A stretch of DNA of 64,000 bases from Selaginella moellendorffii (taxonomy: Eukaryota; Plantae; Lycopodiophyta). Below are positions 36,001 to 48,902 of this stretch, one piece after another (the first letter of the stretch is position 1; the number at the start of each line of letters is the position of its first letter). The stretch spans positions 420,908 through 484,907 of the forward strand of contig NW_003314267.1 in NCBI RefSeq assembly GCF_000143415.4. The letters run 5' to 3'. Below the pieces are notes generated by a model. The model was not told the DNA's origin. It made no database searches and saw nothing but the letters and a program-made list of their open reading frames with translations. The position numbers were made by a program, and so were the translations under genes.

Positions 36001-37666
36001 TCAATCTCTTGTCTTCCTGAATGTCTCGATTCTCAAAACTACGTGCTGTACGAAGAAAATGTTCATGGAAACCAATGACTAGAAAGCAGCGTTGTACCTT
36101 TATCTGGACTCGATTATAAGTGTATGTGACGTGAACAAGACCGGTGAAAGACTGGATCACTGCGGCGTACGAGAATTCGCCGCCTTCTTGTTCTTCCAGA
36201 GTAATCTCCTCTGTCCAAGTGTCTCCGTCGTCGCCGGAGACTCCCACCTTGAGTATACCACGAGAGTCGGTGTTGTAAACAAGTAGAAGCGTGCCATCGC
36301 GCAGCTTAACGCCATCGAATCCTGCGTTGATTTTGTGAGACTGGCGTGAAGAAACAAACGTACGAGTTTACCGCAGTTTGGATTTGGGAGCTGAGTCGGA
36401 GTGGCGTAGGTCCACGAGCGTCCTCCATCGGACGATGAGGCCATGCATATTTTCCCAATCTCCTGCGTTGCTCTTAGAAGCACTCGGACTGTGCCATTGT
36501 CCGTGAGATATGGAACAGGTTGAATGACACCCATTGGAGTATGTTGGACGTAAATCGGACCATGCTTTCTCCACGTATAGCCTGAATCTTCGGTAACCTG
36601 CAGTACTGTGTTTGCAATCGCAAAGACAGAACAAGCAGAAGAAAGTGCTTACCTCCATCCACGCACCCCATGCATCCCAGCTTTCAACAGACGATCCACA
36701 AAGAAGTCTTCCATCTCTCAGGAGTAAAGGCTGGAAACGACGAAGAAAAGCAAACCATGTTGAAGATTGGAAACACAGAGATTCTGTTTTACCTTGTTCT
36801 TTATAGGACCAAGAATTCCAGGAGGAAGAGCTTGCCTCGCAGACCAGGTTACTCCGTTGTCAAATGATCTCTTCATAAACCCGCTCCATCTGCAAAACAC
36901 CACGAACCGAAATCAGCTAAAGTGGTTCAAAGAGATGGATGATGCGTACTTCTGAACTTCTGGACCAATTTTGTAAAACAGCAACACTTCGCCTTTGGGC
37001 ATTTTAAACAGAACGGGATTCCACATGGGGACACCCAACTCGGAATCAGCTACTTGAGGATCAGACCAGACACCATGCTGAAATACCAAAGAAAAGAATG
37101 TATACATCATGAACAAGGAGAAACAAAACTATACCTTGAAGCGCTGTGTCCAGATCACAACATCACTGTCGCCTTCATACGTTCCTCCAAAGTATGCCAC
37201 CATAAAATGCTCGGGCTCAAGCTGTGAAGTTCCTCATTTAATTCCGAGAATGGACGTATAACTTACCTCGACAATCGTCGATGCATGGCAGCTGTTGAAC
37301 GGTGCAAGACCTTTCTCGAATAAAAACTCCTCCTTGACAATGCCGATTCTCCCAGACAGCAATCTACTCATTTTCGTGCTGGATAAAAAAAAAAAAACTT
37401 CCAGGAACCATAGAAAGAGCTAAAGAAACCGTACTTCTCACTGCGAAGCCACAGCTTTAGATCTTCCGCCGAGGAGAGGGCACGCTCCAAGCTCGGCACA
37501 AAATGCGTGGAATGCGCGAAATTGATGTACAAGACCACAATCCCGGCCAGCGCCGCCGACGCTAGAAGAGAAGAACACCCGAAGTTAAACTATCCTGGAA
37601 TTATCAAAGGGAAATACCGGCGGCTCGAGGATCTACGCAGCGCCTCGCCCTGACGATCGCTCCCAT
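36001..37666 (-). CDS. BNR/Asp-box (sialidase-fold) protein, multi-exon
   Basis: N-terminal anchor; [68 protein letters not shown] and HVTYTYNR motifs; short GT-AG introns. Confidence 0.88.
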
Positions 37667-38510
37667 CTTCCAGGTAACAAATCGGATGTAGAACTGCGAG
37701 AAAGCGACATTCGGCGAGAGGAAAGAGGAGATAGAGAAATGGGGCCGACCTGCCAGGACGCTCCGCCATCGCCATCAGCGCCAGAGCCTCCATCGCCAGA
37801 GAAACAAATATATCTCTTGGGCCTTTCCTTGTGAGAATCGACCCTGGAATCTCTTCCTCTGTGTTTTGATATTTGGTAGTATGAACCCTACTCCCTAGGG
37901 TTTGAGGGGTGGGAGATTCTTTTTACGCTCTTTCAATTGGAGTGTTAAAAAATTCTACAATTCTTGATGCCAGTTCGCAGCTGGCTAACGAAGGATGTCT
38001 CTTCTATCTGGAAGAAGAGAGTATCAGCGCTGCTCGATACCTGAAATATAGAAAGACTTATAGTCGAAAAACATTACAATGTCTGAAACAAACATCCGAC
38101 ACAGTGCTGCTCAGAAACGGTCCAAGAACTTTGGGATACGTACAAAATAAGACACATATTACCTTAGTGACACTCGCCGAACTGTACCATCTAGTTCGGC
38201 TTTGCAATCTGCGGACAAAGAAAATCAATCCAAAAACAAGCAACCCCTGGGAGTCATCACCGGCGCTCCATTCTCGATCCTCGCCAAATCAAGCTCCCTG
38301 AAGCGATCGAAGCCCTAGGAGGAGGACGCCGATGGAGCTGCTGGAGATGCCGCTGCTGCCTCTGCGAAGACGAGGAAGAAGAAGAGAGTGATGATCCGAA
38401 ATTCGGAATAAAAGAAGAGGCAGCTCGATTTTGTTTAGAGCGAATCTAAGAGCGTCTTTTTACGTGTGCCCAATGTAAAACCAATGTTGTTATACACTAT
38501 TCCTCCTTCC

Positions 38511-41500
38511 TCACTCACTGTACGCGAGAACAATGAAAACATCGTTAGTAGACCATTTCCTTGCAGCGTGTTTCTTGGCGGGATTGATGGAAGGACGGTC
38601 GGCACAAGCTGCTTGATATCCGATCAATATCTCTTGCCGCTTTCTCGCGCGCATCATCAGCTCAAAGAAGCTCAGCACTTCCTGGTCGTATAAGTAGAGC
38701 TCGCCCGACCGAATGTAGATCTCATTCCCCTGTGAGGAAAACTTGTGTATCAACTTGAAAGCTTGCGAGCCATGGGCTTACTTCTTCAGCGAATAGCTCC
38801 TCCAGAACTCGGTTGATCTGCTTGTCTTCCGCTACCATTGCCAGAGCCATGCTCACGAGCTCGTTGGAGAGGACGCAGTCGGTGATCTTGGACACCGAGA
38901 CCAGGTGTTTTGTTCTCGAGTCGAGGATCTCGCTGATGATTATTGACTGGTTTGATGCCTGCTGCATTTCTCGTATCCAGGAGGTTTGCAGGGATCCAGC
39001 CTGCCGGACTTGGACAGCTCTTAGATCTCGGTATGGTAATCGCTTTGACTGGAGAATGACACGAGATTAAGTTGGCTTCCGGGGGGTTAAAAACTCGACG
39101 TACCTGGATGTCACGTATCAGTAGTAGAGTAGCTAAAGAGCGCGAGTCTGCGTGGATTACCGAATCTTCAAGCTCCTCATCTGCCAGAATCAATATCTAC
39201 AAGAAGGAAAGAAAGTTATGGATTTTTATTACATGAAACGAAACTTTACCGAGTCAAATGTTTCCAGCGGCAAGCTTTCGAGGTGTCTTCGGATAACAGG
39301 GTTTCCCTCACGATGCACCAGATGGACGTTCTCAAGCCGCTTGGGATCAAGGCCACCGTCGATAAGCTTCTTTTCTCTTTCATGCTCTGGCACGCCGCTG
39401 AACATCCATAGCTCCGATCCTTGTGCAAGAGAAGCCTCTAAAACCTGAAAGCTGGGATAAGTTCCACACGGCAAAGAAAAACTGAGAAGAGGACCTACAA
39501 CAATCATGTCATCTATATCTCGCCGCCAACCACAAAACAGCATTTTCTCGGGATATTTTCGAGGAATTACAATCTTCGGTAGTGCAGCTTTCTTCACCTG
39601 GCCAAAACAAACCAAGTAAGTTGCAATGAGACAGTGAAACAACAGTACCTTCGGTAGCGAACTTGGAAAGTAACTGTCGTCATCTTCTGCAATCACTAGA
39701 ATTTCATCATCCTCGCATATGATGTAGTCATCATCTGGATTCAAGGCAATTTTGCCTGCGTTAGCTGCTACCTTAACCCCGCAAGGTATCGCATCAGGGA
39801 ATGAAACAAGAACGTCTTCAAATGTCATCCCAACAAGCTGTGGCCATCGTTTAAGATAGAATTCCGCGTTATCAAATCCAAGTATATCCTCCCATATCTG
39901 CAAGAAGGGCTGTTAACAGAGATTACGTAGAGAAACAAAAAAAAAAAACCTGTGCAAGCCCCGGTTGACGAGCGCATTGAATCATAAGTCGACCAATAAC
40001 ATCATGTGCCACGACCGTTTCTACCAGATCGCCTCCAACAAGTTTCACCAGTGGTTCGTTATCTATGTCACTGAGTTCGACCACGACGTGACCCTTCAAT
40101 CCTTCTTTCACTGCTGTCAAACTTAAAACCACTCTCAAGGCCCGAGCATCGCTCTGTAAATAGGAAAACTCAGTAAGTTACAAAACTATCAGAGCATGGA
40201 AAGTAAGAAAACCTGATCAGCGTTCCCAGGTTCTGCAAGTACTATAATGGCACGAGCCTTAGACACTGAAACCTGAAAGTCGTTTTAAGGAAAAAAATAA
40301 ATCGTGAAGACATTTCCGCATACCTTCTTAAGGTCGGCCATGATGAGAGGACTTCCACTTCTACAGATGACATAAGTTCCGAGAAAATCAAATTCCATCT
40401 TCCCAATGTCGGCCTCCATTTCCTCTTTATCTCTTTCAGAAAGAATGACGATCACCCCACCACCTAAACTTTGGTTGGCAATTGCAAGCTGGTTTAGCAG
40501 CGAGTTCTACAACAGCCACTGCGGTTTGAAGCCTTAATGCTAAAAAGATAGAGAAAACTTACAAGTTTGTCGCTCCATCCAAGGATCAAAGTGTGGTTGC
40601 TCTCAATGACGTCGCTCTTTCCCTTTCGAAGCGAGTCTACTTTCTCTGAAATGGCATCCGAAATAAGACCGAGCATGAGAGCAAAAATAAGCAGCCCGCC
40701 AAGGCTGATACAAACTGATACGATTCTGGAACCCAAGCCGACGCTGTCAGCGTGGTTGCCAGAATCCGCTACATAACTCCAAGTTCGCCATAGCGCATCT
40801 TCAAAAGTATCCTCAGTAACAGAATATAATGCAATCCCACCGAAAGCTATTAGAAGCATTGTTGCGAGAAGTAGAGCAATCGGCTTTGCAATTGCGTTCG
40901 AAAATATCAAGTCCACGAGATACGCTAACCTCTTGCTCGGAGGGACTTCTTCGTCTGTGATGTTTCTCGTTAGCTTGCTGTGTATGTCATCCATAACTCT
41001 CAGAATTAGAAAAGGCATAGCAAGAAAGAAGACAGTCACAAAAAGTGCAAGCCTCCTAGCCGGTTTCTGGTCAAGATTTGTTTCCAGAGTGCTCATTCTC
41101 GTTGTGCATGTCTCGATTTGTGCCTGGAGTTTGACAAGAGATTCCTGCCATAGGATAGCAAATGCTAAAATAAAGTCATGATAGAATACCAAACAAAGAA
41201 CTCTTTTTACCTTGACGTTTTGTCGCTCTGCTCGCAAAACCAGGGTGTACACAATCAGCGCGAAGTAGGACAGTATAAGCTGGAAACAAACGAATGGATG
41301 CAAAGGATAGAAATATTGTTTAGAGCTTTACCAAAAGAGCGAGCGACGCATAGATGAAAAGTCTCACGAACTGTGTAGTGTTCCAGTTAGAAACTCCATC
41401 CGCGACTCGAGAGCCATGAGACTCCTCCAAAGAATCCATCGACTTCGATTTTTTCACCCGGGGGTTATCCCGATCATCCCTCGCCTTTGATCCAGGCTCC

Positions 41501-41781
41501 GCCTCCTCCTTATCCACAATGATCCAGCTATCATCTGGCCTGGAATCCTCACTCCTGAATTTCTCGACAGCCAAGCGCCGAGACTCACTAGCGCTCTTCA
41601 ATCGCCTGACGATCGGCGGCGGCCCTGAGAAAACAGGGCTCGCGGCATCCTTGAGATTGGATGGAATCGAGGACGATCTTCTCAGAGATCTCCCACCTGA
41701 GAAGCAAATGCACCAAGATTATAGAAACAGAGGACAGAAATATATGCTCAAACCTTGCTCCTGGCAGCTGCCGCCTCGCAT
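38511..41781 (-). CDS. DMI1: Nuclear-envelope cation channel of the DMI1/POLLUX/CASTOR family, multi-exon
   Basis: WSYVADSGNHAD filter; MLGLISDAISEKVDSLRKGKSDVIESNHTLILGWSDKL; ETVVAHDVIGRLMIQCARQPGLAQIWEDILGF; FCGWRRDIDDMI; SNELVSMALAMVAED. The start exon is less certain. Confidence 0.95.
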
Positions 41782-41804
41782 CGTGCGCGCATGCTCATCG
41801 CAAA

Positions 41805-42230
41805 GCTCAAAACCCTAGGGTGTGGGGTTCATACTACTGTTCCCGCCAAATATTAAAATGGGGCTTAATCTCTTCCTTGCAGCAGAGAGGGTGCGCCATT
41901 TCACCAGAAATGCGGCTCCGTCGTTGCTGGGACCAGGAACTCCACGGATTTGAGAGCACCTGGAAGATGGGAGCTAGGGTCAGGGCGAGATCATCAAGCT
42001 GCCGGTATTTCCCTCTGATAATTCTTCAGTAATTTTGCTCATCGCATTTTGTGTGTGAGCCCTCTCCTGGGCCAAAGATCTAAAGCTATAGCTTCGCAGT
42101 GAGAGTTAAGAAGCTTAAGCCCAACCATGGTGGCATACGTATCAAGGCGACTTGTTCCTACATGATGGATATACTTGTCTGGTCTCTTCGGAGTGGTATG
42201 TGGAATCCTGTTCTGTTTAAAATGCCCAAG
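41805..42230 (+). pseudogene. Inverted, heavily deleted duplicate of the BNR gene 5' half and its upstream region
   Basis: ACCTGGAAGATGGGAGC..GTCAGGGCGAG, GCCGGTATTTCCCT.TGATAATTC, AAGATCTAAAGCT.T.GCTTCGCAGTGAGA and ATGTGGAATCC.GTTCTGTTTAAAATGCCCAA match the reverse complement of about 36995-37675. 41805-41860 mirrors 37864-37906. Confidence 0.85.
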
Positions 42231-42668
42231 CGGTTACCATATTGCGAGAAATGCAGCGGGCATCAATCCATGAACTCGTTCTCAACAGCGGCTGTGCAAG
42301 GCTATGGCATGGTTTCCTTGGCCAACACTTGCAGAACAACAAAGCCGGCCTCTTTAATAGCGCATCAAACAACTTCCCTTCAGCAGCAAACGTTTAGCGG
42401 CAACAACAAAACAATCTTTTAGGAAAATTCTTTCAAATCTCGCCACCTAAAGACCACAATGTCAGAGTCTTGTGCCTGGAAGGAGCTGGCTCTTCGACTT
42501 GGGCTCCTCAGTGGATCTCTTCCTCTGAGGGCTTCCCTCCTCAAGTATGTGCTCGGGACAAGGTCACGGCTATGGCGGAAGGGTGGCAGCTCGTCGTACG
42601 GTGTATGGTGCCAAAGCCGTAGACAACAGCCACAGTATTTCGAAATGAAATAATTTAAAAAACTTTGC

Positions 42669-42740
42669 TATCAGAGGGAGGTTTCGATCCTCCGACCTGT
42701 GGGTTATGGGCCCACCACGCTTCCGCTGCGCCACTCTGAT
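42669..42740 (-). tRNA. tRNA-iMet: Initiator tRNA-Met (CAT)
   Basis: ATCAGAGTGGCGCAGCGGAAGCGTGGTGGGCCCATAACCCACAGGTCGGAGGATCGAAACCTCCCTCTGATA: A1-U72 pair, three G-C pairs in the anticodon stem, ATCGAAA T-loop. Upstream TATA-like and CAA motifs; downstream T6 run. Confidence 0.97.
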
Positions 42741-42847
42741 TTGTAATAATCAGGGTCTGGCTTTTATATTTAAAAGGTTTACCCACTCAAATTGAAACCA
42801 AAATAAATTATGTCAAAAAAGCTAGAGTAGCATTAGGGCTCTTGGCT

Positions 42848-43152
42848 ATGGCGTCGCCAGCAGCAGCAGCAGCGGCAACAGGGCCGGCGGCCACGGCCTA
42901 CTGGCGCGTCGCGGGCATGACCTACATGTCCTACGCAAACGCCTGTGCCACGCACCTCCGCAAGTGCCTCAAGGAGCCCTACAAGACCCAGACTGCCGCC
43001 AGGGAGCAAGTCCACTACAAGATCACCAAGTGGGTCGACGGCGTCGCCCAAAAGCCAGGTAAATCCCTCCCTCTCGCCAGAGAAAGAAGAATGTGGCTTC
43101 TCATATCACTGGCATTTCCACAGAGTTTCGGGGAACCGGAGGATTCGAGTGA
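42848..43152 (+). CDS. ATP5E: Mitochondrial ATP synthase F1 epsilon subunit, 2 exons
   Basis: YWRVAGMTYMSYANACATHLRKCLKEPYK...KWVDG; an intron precedes the final EFRGTGGFE*. Confidence 0.93.
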
Positions 43153-43380
43153 GAGTGGTCGATCCATTGCCCCCAAATAATTGGAAACGCTTGTTAGGCT
43201 CTCCCTCTCTCTCTTTTGTTTCTTCTGGCTTGGTGATTCCTCCAGCAATAACCTGTAGAGGATTCAACACGATAATTTTCGCTGAAATTCGAGAAAGCTC
43301 TCATAGTTTTGGCCCGAATATCTTCGTGTCCCATCATCTTTCTTTATTCTATCTAGCGGAACACCATGTCCACCCCGAGA

Positions 43381-44968
43381 TTACTGGATGTCGTTGGCAA
43401 GGATTGCTGCATCGTCCTGAGAAGCCAAGAAGCTTGAAACCAGATGATCAGGCAGATTGAACGACAACGCAAGAATGCCGAGCTCCAACTTCTCGAGCAC
43501 GGAGCCTCTCCCTGCAAAAACCATCCACGATCACAACTTCTAGCCAAAAGCGTCCTTCCTACCTGCGAGAAACTGTATCCCCTCGGTGACCTCCGAGCGA
43601 GAATCCGCCGCGACAGTGAAGCTGACAAACTCCAAGCACTCGTGAGTAGCAGCGATCTGGGAAGCCGGGAAAAACTGCGGTACGTGGAAGATGGTGCCTG
43701 CATTGAGCTTGGCATCGACGCCATTCGTGCCGTTGGGAAGAGCGACTTGGAGGCTTCCAGTGCCATTTGTCACCACTCCAAACTCAGCTCCTTGCTTACT
43801 CCAGTGCGGAGCCAAAAAGCTACCCTGCCAGAGATGTGTTAGAGAACCAAGCAAGTTTTATGAGACTTTGTGAACTTACCGCTTGCAACTTGACGATGGA
43901 AACTCCAATCCGGCCTGATGCCAGTGCTTGCACGTCTTCGCCGAGAGTGGAGGCAATCCAGCCGTGTTGGTTCTCGAATGCTCGCTTCTCAAAGAGGTTG
44001 AAGATCTTGTCTTTGCGCTTCTCCTTGTCCTCGTCTTCCTTGTGCTTCTTGTCATCGTCCTTGTGTTTCTTGTCGTCCTCATCCTTCTTGTGCTTCTTGT
44101 CGTCCTTGTGTTTCTTGTGTTTCTTGTCCTCGTCCTTCTTGTGCTTCTTGTTGGAGACCACGCTTTCCAGATAGTTCTCTTGGCCTTTTAATCGTGCAAA
44201 CATCCCAACGCTCGTGGGGATGATTGGTCCTCCATCCTGGGAGCCAAATACGTTCTTGATCTCCTCCTCCGATACCTGCACAGACAAGCCGATGAGAGCA
44301 GATCCCCGTACAAAACGAAGTACCTTGAAAGCTGCTGCTAGAAGGCCCGAACGGAAACCAGCCAATGCAAGTTTAGGATGGAGTCCACCGCCGACGAAGA
44401 ACGACTTCAAATCATCAAAACAAATATATGACTTAGTCTTGCGACAAGCAACCAAAGATTACGCTCTTACCTGAAGTTTACCACTGCGTGACCCCCTGGA
44501 GGTGTCGAAGATACCGATCAGCTCGAGCTTCTCATCTTCGTTCGCATTGAGCACGTAAAAAACAGCTCCAGCAGGAACAGTATAAACGTCCCCTCGTTTC
44601 AAATCCTTCTTGACAGTCGACTCCCCACGAATCGATCCAATCATAGCATCGCCTGATCAGTTTGTGACATCACGATCCAGCGAATTTAAAGAGAACCATT
44701 TTTTATTACCTTTCTGGACATAGAAAACAAGGCTTGCGTCCATGTAATGTGGTAGCAGCAACGCCCGAGGTTCCATGGTGATGAAGCCGAGAGCTACATC
44801 ACGCTCCTTGAGTGACAGGTCCTCGTGAGAGCCCATCAAAGCTCGAATCTCTCCAGCATCACTCTTGACATATTCAACAGGCTCACCGAGGATGAAGTCC
44901 TCATACTCAAATTCGCAGGCCGATGCGGCTGCAAGGACCGCAAGTGCAAGTAGCAAGAGCTTAATCAT
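43381..44968 (-). CDS. Vicilin-like (7S globulin) bicupin protein, multi-exon
   Basis: Signal peptide; VKSDAGEIR, GFITMEPRALLLPHYMDA, LKRGDVYTVPAG, SFFVGGG, GSFLAPHW and FHVPQFFP motifs; K/H/D repeat between the two cupin domains. Confidence 0.9.
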
Positions 44969-45390
44969 CCTGCAGGGACTAGAGGAATTTAGAACCAAAA
45001 GAAAAATCCTAAACCGACTTGCCCGTTCTCGATGAGGTGCTTACTGACCATTATAAAACGAAGATTTCGTCTGCATGCGTGACACCTGTTTTGCTAAATA
45101 AAAGACTGAAAAATGCAAAGTTTAATCGTATTCATGAAATGCTGGATGGAAACACCTGTATTTGGAATGCCATCATCCCAGCGTACACAGCTATCTCTGG
45201 TTACAAATAACCCTCTCCAGTAGGATCAGAGCTACTTACTTAAGCAAGTCCCTGCAAATTTCAATCAGCAACTGGCAATGGTGGTTCATAGCAAGTACCT
45301 TCTATAGTACAAGAATTCTCCCGCAACGACGTGGAGCTAAATAAGCAAGTATCAGTCCAGCTCGCAAGATATAAAACAAGCTTTCGTACC

Positions 45391-48300
45391 TCAAGGAAAC
45401 TGGAAGCTACCACCGATACCCATGCCTTTGTCCGGTGTCAAAGAGGAAGAAGAGAGGGAGACCCACAGCAGAGATATGACGATGGCCAAAAGTCCAGACC
45501 AGACGAAGATAATAGTCGGGGTGCGCCTCCTCCTCCCCATGAGGCCCTTCGAGAACGGGTAGAGGTGGAACAGCACCCAAACACTGAAGAAAACTCCCCC
45601 GAGAAGCTTGCTCCACTGAGGAACAGGACTGTAGACCGTCCTCGAGACAGCCACCGCGATCGCGATCAAGTTCACCATCATGATAGTCAGGGGTGGTATC
45701 ATCAGAGCGCTCCACTTGACCATGTACAGCTCGGCAAACTCGTCGTCCTCGTCACCAGAATTCTTCGACGTCAGAGTGAAGGAGATATCTATCCCGGCGA
45801 TGACCTTCAAGAGTCCCTGGAACACAGCCACCAGATGAGCGCTGGTTCCACCAATCACCCAAAACTGCTCGTTCCGCCACCATTCGTCCAGAGTTATCCC
45901 CGACCACCTGATCTCCAGCACCGCCAGCAAGCAGATCGTGACCGTGATGATCAAAAGGTAGACCAGGAAAGTCACGTTGAGCGTCTGGACAATAAACTTC
46001 CCCGTGAGAAGCGACAGCGCCGGCAGGAAGCAGTAGACCGTGAGGAAAATCGAGGTGAACGGGTAGATGCCGACGTTGAGGTACGCAATTCGCTGCAGGA
46101 ACTTCATTCTGGTGCTGGCGAAGAGAGCATTGTTTCGGGAGTAGAAGATCTCAACCGAGCCTGTCGCCCACCGCAACACCTGATGCAATCTGTCCGTCAA
46201 GTTGATTGGTGCTGTGCCTCTGAAAGCGTCACGCTTTGTCACGCAATAGACGGACTTCCAGCCTTTGTTGTGCATGGTGTATCCCGTAACCACGTCCTCG
46301 GTGACTGAACCGTATGTCCAGCCGACGTTCTGTCCCCACTCCGTCTTGTCCTCGTACCAGCACGAGATGACGTTGATCGCCTCCGCAACAGTAGCAGCAT
46401 CCAGTGGTTCTCTTGGAGAAATCAATGAAGCAGCTGGTCTTCCGAGCATCACCCCCTGTCCCGAGAGAGGCCTGCCCTGGAACTCAGCGTTGGAGATGGA
46501 AGCTACAAAGCTGGTCGATGTCCCGTAACGCTTTGGCAGCAAAGTCTGGGCCTCTAAATCGTCTTCGTTTTCCTCCATACTGATACCGGTATTCTTTTTC
46601 GTCAGCCTCGCTTTCCTCCTGTTCCAGCAGCTTCGTGTTTTACACCGAGGAGGATCGAACCCGTAGAGCGCAACTCTCCGGAATAAGCAGCCCGTTCCAA
46701 CATACACGGGCCCCTGGATACCATCGAGTGCTCTCATGTTCACGTCGAAGAAGACAGTGTTGTGGTTGGCATAACGGTCATTGTGATCGATGCCTTCGAA
46801 TCTCTGCGGGAACTGGACAAAGCCGATGCGATCACCACCATTATCCATCATGAAGCACATCCCTTCTCTGAATGCGAGGGAGTTGTAGACGTAGTGGTCA
46901 CAGTCGAGGTTGAGGATAAAAGCTCCATTCGACATGATCGCGCTTGTTCGTACCAACGCGTTCATCGCCCCGGCCTTCTTGTTGTGGTCATACCCCGCTC
47001 GTTTCTCTCTGGATACGTATACCAGCATTGGTAGCCGAATGTCGCAGTCGGACGTATCGATAAGATTGTTGTCATTGTCAGCTGAGCCCATGAGAGGCTC
47101 GCTACTTGGAGGAGCAAGCATCACCTGAACACCAAAACGTCAATAAGATCATATTCGCGAGAAGAAAAACTTACTTGAATTATTCCAGCGTGATCTCCTC
47201 GTCCGTGCTCACTGCCTGAGCTAAGCCATGTCCCCGGCCAGTGCGTACCATCGGCCATCCAGGTGGCCTTTGGAACGTTAAGCGGCTCTCCCGGGTTACA
47301 TCCGCTATCCACCTGAATCCTCTTTGCTCTGATCTCTTCGTGCGCATTGTAAGCGTCAGACCTCCTCCGGATTGCATCCCCGAGGCCATTTATCCGAACT
47401 TTGAACTCGTCGTATTCACGTTTCACTCGTCTTCTGTCCTTCACGAAATCCGCGCGAACTTTGTTCTTAGTCGGATCTCCCTTGAGCATGAAATAAGCCT
47501 CCGGGTTCCGAGGTTCGATGCTGTGCTTCCGACAGAACGGCACCCAGATTCTTGAGAAACTTGCTGCTTCAGCCAATGCTTCGAACGTCAACAGTGAACC
47601 ACCATCGTCGGAAAGGTAGCAACACAGCTTCTCCACGGGATACTCGGCTGCGAGAATCGAGAGGATGGTGTTTGCTGTTACCAGAGATGGCTCCTTTTCC
47701 GGATCAGCTGTCGACACAAAAATGTCTATCCCCGGAAGATCAGACCTGCCCTTCGGATTTTTCGCTGTCGGCCTCTCAAACTCGTCCTTGAGCACCGCCA
47801 AGTTGGTGGTGCGATTTACTGGACACAACTTCGGCAGCTGGTCAAGAATCCAAGAGAAAGCGAACCACAACTCGCAAACGATTGACAGTCCCCACAGCCA
47901 CATTGCCTCCGGGTTTGGATGACGGATCCTCCACGTGATGAAGAGTCCCAGTGCGGCTAGCCTGACGAAAACCAAGAGCCTGCATGGAACAACGTACGGG
48001 TTTAGCTCTAAAGCTCGAGAAAAAGAAAAAAAAACAGCCAAGTCCGTGTACCTGTAGGGACTAAGGATAGCTGCTGAGACGTTCGTCTTGCGCGTCAGGG
48101 GACGTCTCGCCTTATCCTTGAAACTCGATGGCATTCCATCGCCAAAGTACGTATCATCCTTTGGCCACAGCGCATTTCCATACCCGTAAGTCCCTTTCGT
48201 CTCGTAAAGCCATCTCGTGTGATCGAAGTCCTGCTTCATCGACCCGGGCTGGTTGGATCGTAGAAGAGACAGCCTCCTGGGAGCTGGGAGCGGCAAAGTC

Positions 48301-48902
48301 TCGGCATTGGGACCCTCGATATCGAGCACCTTGTACATCTCCTTGCAACCGGGGCACTTCCCACCATTGTTGATAGCATCAAAGTAGCAGTCTCTGCAAA
48401 TCCGGAACGCGCACTCGCACGGGCTTAGATCTTCGCCCATCTCGTCCTTCATGGCCTTGCCATCACACCCAACGATAGCGCAGCTGAGCGTCATCACGAC
48501 CTTGGCCTCCTTCATCTGCTCCATTACGTGGCCCCTGGTGACGCTCTGGAATCCGCCCGTGAACATCGCACTGGCCATGTCCCCCGTCTTGGGCGCCGCG
48601 AGAAATCCCGGATCCGGAGTGGGAGGGATCAACACCGTGTAGTTTTTCGCTGTCGATACCGCCTCCCGGCCGGGATCGTTCTCCTCCCGGGGCATGAACA
48701 CATAGCTTCCGCCCGGCGATCGATGGCTGGGAGGAGTAGAGCACGCCGTCGGCGATGGAGTGCCGGATTTCAGGAAGCGAGGACTGCGAGGAGGAAGGAA
48801 TCGCGGGCTGTCGATGCTGGTGTTGAGATTCCTGGGGCTGAGGAGCTCGCGGAATGGCCGGCGGCTGCTGGAGATCGAGACGGATGAACCCGGCGACTCC
48901 AT
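45391..48902 (-). CDS. CSLD: Cellulose synthase-like D, 3 exons
   Basis: RING-like Cys cluster, [59 protein letters not shown] and QVLRW motifs. Confidence 0.96.

Noticed and set aside
37565-37617. BNR intron 1 donor GTATTTCC as a possible U12 site
   Set aside because: Does not match RTATCCT and has a normal polypyrimidine acceptor.
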